DNA of 64,000 bases. Source: an uncultured Verrucomicrobiae bacterium. Its GTDB lineage: Bacteria > Verrucomicrobiota > Verrucomicrobiia > Chthoniobacterales > JAFAMB01. The stretch lies in the NCBI GenBank assembly GCA_963762565.1, contig CAVXLD010000003.1:480001-544000 (forward strand), read 5' to 3'. Under the pieces are notes generated by a model that did not search any database, was not told the DNA's origin, and was given only the letters and a program-made list of their open reading frames with translations. Below, in pieces: positions 59,265 to 64,000 of the stretch (the stretch's first letter is position 1; every line of letters starts with the position of its first letter). A program made the translations under genes and the position numbers.

Positions 59265-60218
59265 ATGCCTACGCAATTCAGGGACTATTACGAGACACTC
59301 GGCGTTAGCAAAACCGCCACGGCGGATGAGATCCGGTCTGCTTATCGAAAGCTGGCACGGAAATATCATCCAGATGTCGCAAAGGACAAAAAGGAAGGCG
59401 AAGAGAAAATTAAGGAGATCAATGAAGCGTACGAGGTTTTGAGTGATCCGGAGAAACGCACGAAATACGATCGTTTAGGGGCGGCTTGGCAAAGTGGCGA
59501 GTTTGCCGGAGCTCCCGGAGGTGCACCGGAAGGTTGGACCTTTCATCAGGGACCGTATGAGGAAGGCGCCGAGTTTCATTTCGGTGGTACCGGGTTCAGC
59601 GACTTTTTCGAACAATTCTTTGGTACCCGGCGATCGTACGCCGGGGCGCCGGACGTTGAGTTCGAAGCGGAGACAGCGCGGCGTCCGCGAAAGCGCGATG
59701 TTGAAGCGGACATGTTGGTCGGCCTTTCCGAGGCGCTACATGGTTCGACTCGGACGATCACTTTGCAGCGAGGGAATCAAACTGGGCAAGCGTCGAAGAC
59801 GGACACCTATAAGGTAAAAATCCCAGCTGGGATTCGGGAGGGCCAGCGAATCCGATTGGCCGGTCAGGGAGAAAATGGCGGCGATTTGTTCCTGCGGATT
59901 TCTTTCCAGAAACATCCCGATTTCCGGTGGCAAGACGCAGACCTTTACTATGATCTCGAACTGGCGCCATGGGAAGCCGTGTTGGGGTCCAGCGTGAATA
60001 TCCCAACACTGGATGGGCATGCGAAGCTGAAGGTTCCAGCCGGTACCGTCAACGGAGCGACTTTTCGGCTTGCCAACCTGGGTTTGACTGGCTCGGATGG
60101 AAAACGAGGGAACATTTATGCCGTGGTACGGATTGAGGTTCCAAAAACCGTTACAGCCGATGAACGCCGGTTATGGGAAGAACTGGCCAAAGGTTCTAAA
60201 TTTGACCCGCGAGCTTGA
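59265..60218 (+). CDS. cbpA: DnaJ-class co-chaperone CbpA (no zinc finger)
   Basis: J-domain with HPD, G/F region GFSDFFE, C-terminal [13 protein letters not shown]; followed by a CbpM-like gene. Confidence 0.85.
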   Translation: MPTQFRDYYETLGVSKTATADEIRSAYRKLARKYHPDVAKDKKEGEEKIKEINEAYEVLSDPEKRTKYDRLGAAWQSGEFAGAPGGAPEGWTFHQGPYEEGAEFHFGGTGFSDFFEQFFGTRRSYAGAPDVEFEAETARRPRKRDVEADMLVGLSEALHGSTRTITLQRGNQTGQASKTDTYKVKIPAGIREGQRIRLAGQGENGGDLFLRISFQKHPDFRWQDADLYYDLELAPWEAVLGSSVNIPTLDGHAKLKVPAGTVNGATFRLANLGLTGSDGKRGNIYAVVRIEVPKTVTADERRLWEELAKGSKFDPRA

Positions 60219-60334
60219 GGAAGAAGAATTCAACCGCAGATTAACGCAGATGTACGCAGAAAATTTTGCGAACGGCGCCTTTTTAATAGACTTGGCCAGC
60301 ACTGATTACTGATTACTGATTACTGCGGTTTTTT

Positions 60335-60664
60335 ATGAGCGGTGAAAGCAGCCACGAGAGGACGGAGTACCTGCGATTGACGGTGATTAATCCGGACACC
60401 GGTAAATTGTACGATGTCCGGACTGCGGCGGAGTACACTGCGGTCGATCCGGACGGCATACGCGCCTATTTGCGGGAAGGATTGGTAAGAGCCATCAGTT
60501 ACAAGGACGACGGGGAACCGTTATTTGATGAGGATGGAATCTATTGGCTGCGCCGGATCCAAAGTTTACGAACGGAGATGCGATTGGAAGGTCCCGGGCT
60601 GCGAATCGTGCTGGATCTGATGCAGGAAGTCGAGCGATTGAGGCAGGAGCTGAGAAGGCTGTAG
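60335..60664 (+). CDS. cbpM: Chaperone modulator CbpM-like (MerR-type)
   Basis: LRRIQSLRTEMRLEGPGLRIVLDLMQEVERLRQEL; position downstream of cbpA. Confidence 0.75.
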   Translation: MSGESSHERTEYLRLTVINPDTGKLYDVRTAAEYTAVDPDGIRAYLREGLVRAISYKDDGEPLFDEDGIYWLRRIQSLRTEMRLEGPGLRIVLDLMQEVERLRQELRRL

Positions 60665-60669
60665 CGGGT

Positions 60670-60936
60670 TGGTAGGGCGAGGCTCCAATGAGGCCTCGAA
60701 ATGTCCGCAACGTTGCGAGCATTCTGAGGCAAGTGAATGTGATGGGCCTCTACGCGGCCGAGCCGGGACCCCTGATGTGCCATGTCCCCGGAGCGATTTA
60801 AGATCTGTCGCCAAGTGCCCGCAAACACGCGCAACCTCAACGGCTCGGCAGCGAGTCGGCGTTGACTTGGTGTCGGCGGCGGCAAGCTTTGATCTCTGCG
60901 AAAACGTATCGGTCTTTCAGGAGCCTCGCCCTACCA
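60670..60936. repeat. REP doublet between convergent genes (GGTAGGGCGAGGCTCC ... GGAGCCTCGCCCTACC)
   Basis: Same arm family as 6041-6247. Confidence 0.75.
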
Positions 60937-60939
60937 AAC

Positions 60940-62916
60940 CTAAATGACCCTGTCGTTGCCGCCGTCGATGGGGATTTGGGCGCCGGTGGTTGCGCAGAAT
61001 GTAGGGCCGCAGAGTTCGACGATGACGCGGGCGACGATCTTGCTAGTGACCTCAGTTCCGAGGACGTTATTGCGTTTATAGTCCTCGACAGACAAACCGT
61101 AGCTGGCAGCTCGTTGCTGAAGGACTTCGGGAGTCCACAGACCGGTATCGAATACAGCGTTAGGGTGGACAATGTTGACGCGGATTTTGTCTTTACCCCA
61201 TTCGAGAGCAGCGACCCGAGCCAATTGAGTAAGCGCGCTCTTAGAACTCGAATAAGCGCCTTGGCCCGGGCCAGGAGCCGGCACATTTTTGGAAGCGTTG
61301 ATGACGACGCGGCCGCCATTTGGAGCCAACCGCAGCAAAGGATAGGTCAAACGAAGCAGGGATAAATTGGCGTCGAGATTGACGCGCATCGTGCCGTGCC
61401 AAGTGGCAAGATCGAGGTCTTCAATGCGTTTGCTGGAAGGGAAAATGCCGGCGTTTAAGACTAACATATCCAAGCCGCCAAACCTGCGGACAGAGCTTTC
61501 CAGGGCAACAGCTAAAGCATCTTCGTCGGCAACGTCGCACTGGATACCGAGGAACGATTTGCCCGTCTCCGCCAAGCCTTCCTCCGCCGGATTGATATCG
61601 AGAGCGACCACAGCAGCGCCGCGTTGGATGAGTTCTTCCGCACACGCTTTCCCGATGCCAGATCCGGCCCCGGTTACCAGTGCAACCTCGCCGAGCAACG
61701 GCTTGGACGCCCCGGCTTTACCGAGTTTTGCCTGTTCGAGTTCCCAGTATTCAACATCGAACGCTTGATCCGGAGTGACGGGTTGCCATGTGTCTAAAAC
61801 CACGGCGCGTGAGATGACGTCGATGGTATGATCATATAACTCGGCAGCAATGGCAGCTTCTTCGGCACTTTTGCCGATGCTGATCATTCCGAGCTCTGGA
61901 TCCAAAACGATGCGAGGCGCCGGATCGAGCATTTGCAGAGATCGTTTTGATCGTGCGGCGTTGGTGTTGAAGTATTCCCTATAGGCTTGTGTGTATTGCT
62001 TTACGTTCCGGCCAAGCAGCGGAATCCTTTTTGTGCGGATCACATGATCTGGTGTGGCTGGTCCCTTGGTTGCAATCACATCGAGATCTTTTCGCCGGGC
62101 GAAAGCCAAAAATTTAGCTTCGTCATGAAGCGACAAGATCGTCGGTTTACCGGCAGCGGAAGCAATCGCGTTTCGTAGCGCGGCAATCTCGAACCGCGCT
62201 GGTGCGGGACTTGGGCCCGCGGCCTGGTACGTGATCTCCCAGCAGTTGTGTTTCTGGAGGTAACCTTCCGCCAGGTCAACCAGTTCGATCATCCGTTCGT
62301 ACGATTCTCTGGCGGTTGCACCAAAACAGAAAATACCGTGGTTAAGCAGCACCATCCCGATGGTGTTTTGGGTGGCTGCTTTGGGAAAGATTTCTGCGCA
62401 GGTCCTAGATAATGCGAATCCCGGCATCACATACGGGATTGTTACGACCCGATCGCCGTAGATCTCAGATAAGCGTTCGCAAGCAGAGGGCAGATTAACG
62501 ATCGACGCCAGAGCATCGGAGTGGGTGTGATCAACAAACTTATAAGGAAGAATAGCGTGCAGGATGGCTTCGACACTTGGGGCCGGAGCTCCTGCCCTGG
62601 TGGTGGCCATCCGAAGTTCGTTGGCCATTTGAGAATCACTCAGCTCCTTTAAATGGGATAGTCGCAGCAAATGCTCCATGCGTACCGGAGCGAATCCAGC
62701 GGCTTCAATAGTAGATAAATCCCAACCACTGCCTTTCACATACAGAAGGTCGACCGCGTTGCCGAAAAGGTTGGTTTCGGTCAACTTCACCGAGGTGTTA
62801 CCGCCGCCATGTAAGACCAGGGACGAATCGCTGCCTAAAAGACGAGAAGTATAAACCCGCTGTTCCAGGTCGGTTTTGAACTGAGCAGCATCTTGATCGT
62901 TCCAACGGCTTTTCAT
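60940..62916 (-). CDS. Bifunctional class II aldolase / short-chain dehydrogenase (RhaD/RhaEW-like)
   Basis: HGGGNTSVK, KGSGWDL, PSVEAILH, HTH, NHG; SDR domain VTGAGSGIG, NAG, YSSSK, IDGGN. Confidence 0.92.
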   Translation of the reverse strand: MKSRWNDQDAAQFKTDLEQRVYTSRLLGSDSSLVLHGGGNTSVKLTETNLFGNAVDLLYVKGSGWDLSTIEAAGFAPVRMEHLLRLSHLKELSDSQMANELRMATTRAGAPAPSVEAILHAILPYKFVDHTHSDALASIVNLPSACERLSEIYGDRVVTIPYVMPGFALSRTCAEIFPKAATQNTIGMVLLNHGIFCFGATARESYERMIELVDLAEGYLQKHNCWEITYQAAGPSPAPARFEIAALRNAIASAAGKPTILSLHDEAKFLAFARRKDLDVIATKGPATPDHVIRTKRIPLLGRNVKQYTQAYREYFNTNAARSKRSLQMLDPAPRIVLDPELGMISIGKSAEEAAIAAELYDHTIDVISRAVVLDTWQPVTPDQAFDVEYWELEQAKLGKAGASKPLLGEVALVTGAGSGIGKACAEELIQRGAAVVALDINPAEEGLAETGKSFLGIQCDVADEDALAVALESSVRRFGGLDMLVLNAGIFPSSKRIEDLDLATWHGTMRVNLDANLSLLRLTYPLLRLAPNGGRVVINASKNVPAPGPGQGAYSSSKSALTQLARVAALEWGKDKIRVNIVHPNAVFDTGLWTPEVLQQRAASYGLSVEDYKRNNVLGTEVTSKIVARVIVELCGPTFCATTGAQIPIDGGNDRVI

Positions 62917-63033
62917 GGTTCACAGTGCGCGTCTGGCGCGCGGTGAACCATGAAATGACAAATGACAGATGACAAATGACAGATTTTCGCCCCCGGCCAA
63001 TTTGTCATCTGTCATCTGTCATTTGTTATTTTT

Positions 63034-64000
63034 TCACCGGCGCGACCGCAGCCGGAACAGAATCGGCAGGCCATAGTAGCCTAAGTGCTCACGGATTTTG
63101 GACTCGAGGTACCGGCGATAATCGTCTGTCAGTGCGGCGGGATCGTTGACAAATAAGATGAACGCCGGCGGTTTGATGCCGGGCGCGTTGGTCGGATCGA
63201 TTTGAGTTGCGTAAAGAAGCTTTAAGCGGCGATTACTTCTTAAGGGGGGAGGATGCGCTTCCATCGCCGTCTGCAGCAACCGATTGAGCGGCCCAGTGCC
63301 AAGAGAACGTTGAGAATGTTTCTCGATCTTATCGATGCTCTTGAACAGGCGGTCGAGATTTTCTCGCGTGTGAGCAGAAAGGACATCAATGGGTGCGTAA
63401 GTCAGGAAGAAAAGGTTGGAGCGGATTTGGCCGAGCACCGCTTCAACGAAATCTCGGACCCGATTCGATGGTTTTACCAGGTCCAACTTGTTGACGACCA
63501 CTAAACAGGGTTTCTCGTTCTCCTGGATCAACCCTGCGATCTTCTTGTCCTGAGCGGTGATGCCGTCGACCGCATCAACCACTAGGGCGCAAATATCGGC
63601 TCGTTCGATGCTTTTTTCGGAGCGCATCACGCTAAAGACTTCCACCGAAGTGTTTTGTTTGCTCCGGGGCCGGATACCGGCGGTGTCAATTAAGACAAAG
63701 TCTCTCTCGTCGCGACGATAGGGAATATCGATGGCATCGCGAGTGGTCCCGGCTATGTGGCTGACGATGGTTCGTTGATCCTGCAGGATAGCGTTTATTA
63801 GCGATGATTTCCCGACATTAGGTCGTCCGACAATCGCGAGTTTAATCGCTTCGGGGACCTGTTCTTCACCGTTCTCAAGTGGGGATTGGCTCCACAATCC
63901 TGCCTTCAAAGCATCCGTAAGGTCAGCAATCCCCCGTCCGTGCTCCGCGCTTACGGGGAAGATATGTTCGAAACCGAGTTGGGAGAATTCCGTGTCGAAG
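63034..64000 (-). CDS. der: Ribosome biogenesis GTPase Der (5' part lies outside the window)
   Basis: Second G domain GRPNVGKSS, GTTRD, DTAG, NKLD and the KH-like C-terminus; frame open to the window edge. Confidence 0.95.
   Translation of the reverse strand, partial: FDTEFSQLGFEHIFPVSAEHGRGIADLTDALKAGLWSQSPLENGEEQVPEAIKLAIVGRPNVGKSSLINAILQDQRTIVSHIAGTTRDAIDIPYRRDERDFVLIDTAGIRPRSKQNTSVEVFSVMRSEKSIERADICALVVDAVDGITAQDKKIAGLIQENEKPCLVVVNKLDLVKPSNRVRDFVEAVLGQIRSNLFFLTYAPIDVLSAHTRENLDRLFKSIDKIEKHSQRSLGTGPLNRLLQTAMEAHPPPLRSNRRLKLLYATQIDPTNAPGIKPPAFILFVNDPAALTDDYRRYLESKIREHLGYYGLPILFRLRSRR

Noticed and set aside
60837..61768. Antisense and alternate-frame ORFs over the aldolase/dehydrogenase
   Set aside because: Shadow ORFs of a well-supported gene, as is typical of GC-rich SDR coding sequence.

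Overview
Bacterial chromosomal window, moderately GC-rich. The gene repertoire suggests a soil Verrucomicrobiota (Chthoniobacterales-like) genome, but this is inference only. Housekeeping genes occupy both ends: rex, fumC, mpl with an MpaA-like peptidase, an M32 carboxypeptidase and a USP on the left; an SPFH pair, an oxlT-like transporter, cbpA/cbpM, a RhaD-like aldolase/dehydrogenase and partial der on the right. A tRNA-Arg(CCG) at 11059-11132 is followed by a ~30 kb accessory region rich in gene fragments, pseudogenes and internal duplications, with two IS1182-family copies. The most notable element is a Y1/HUH (RAYT-type) transposase at 21538-22581, bounded by 28-bp inverted repeats. The same AAAAGGGGTCAGTCAA...TTGACTGACCCCTTT motif recurs at eight loci between 13.9 and 28.5 kb. 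The copies keep the same polarity (GAGAC-like on the left, CGCTTTCTG on the right), and they delimit single cargo genes and truncation points, suggesting an integron-like, HUH-driven cassette system. Intergenic DNA across the window carries several other REP/MITE-like families and short tandem repeat hairpins. A vapBC module sits inside nested inverted repeats, and there is a candidate structured ncRNA at ~49.44-49.72 kb. No CRISPR array or rRNA was seen. Percent identities were counted by eye.
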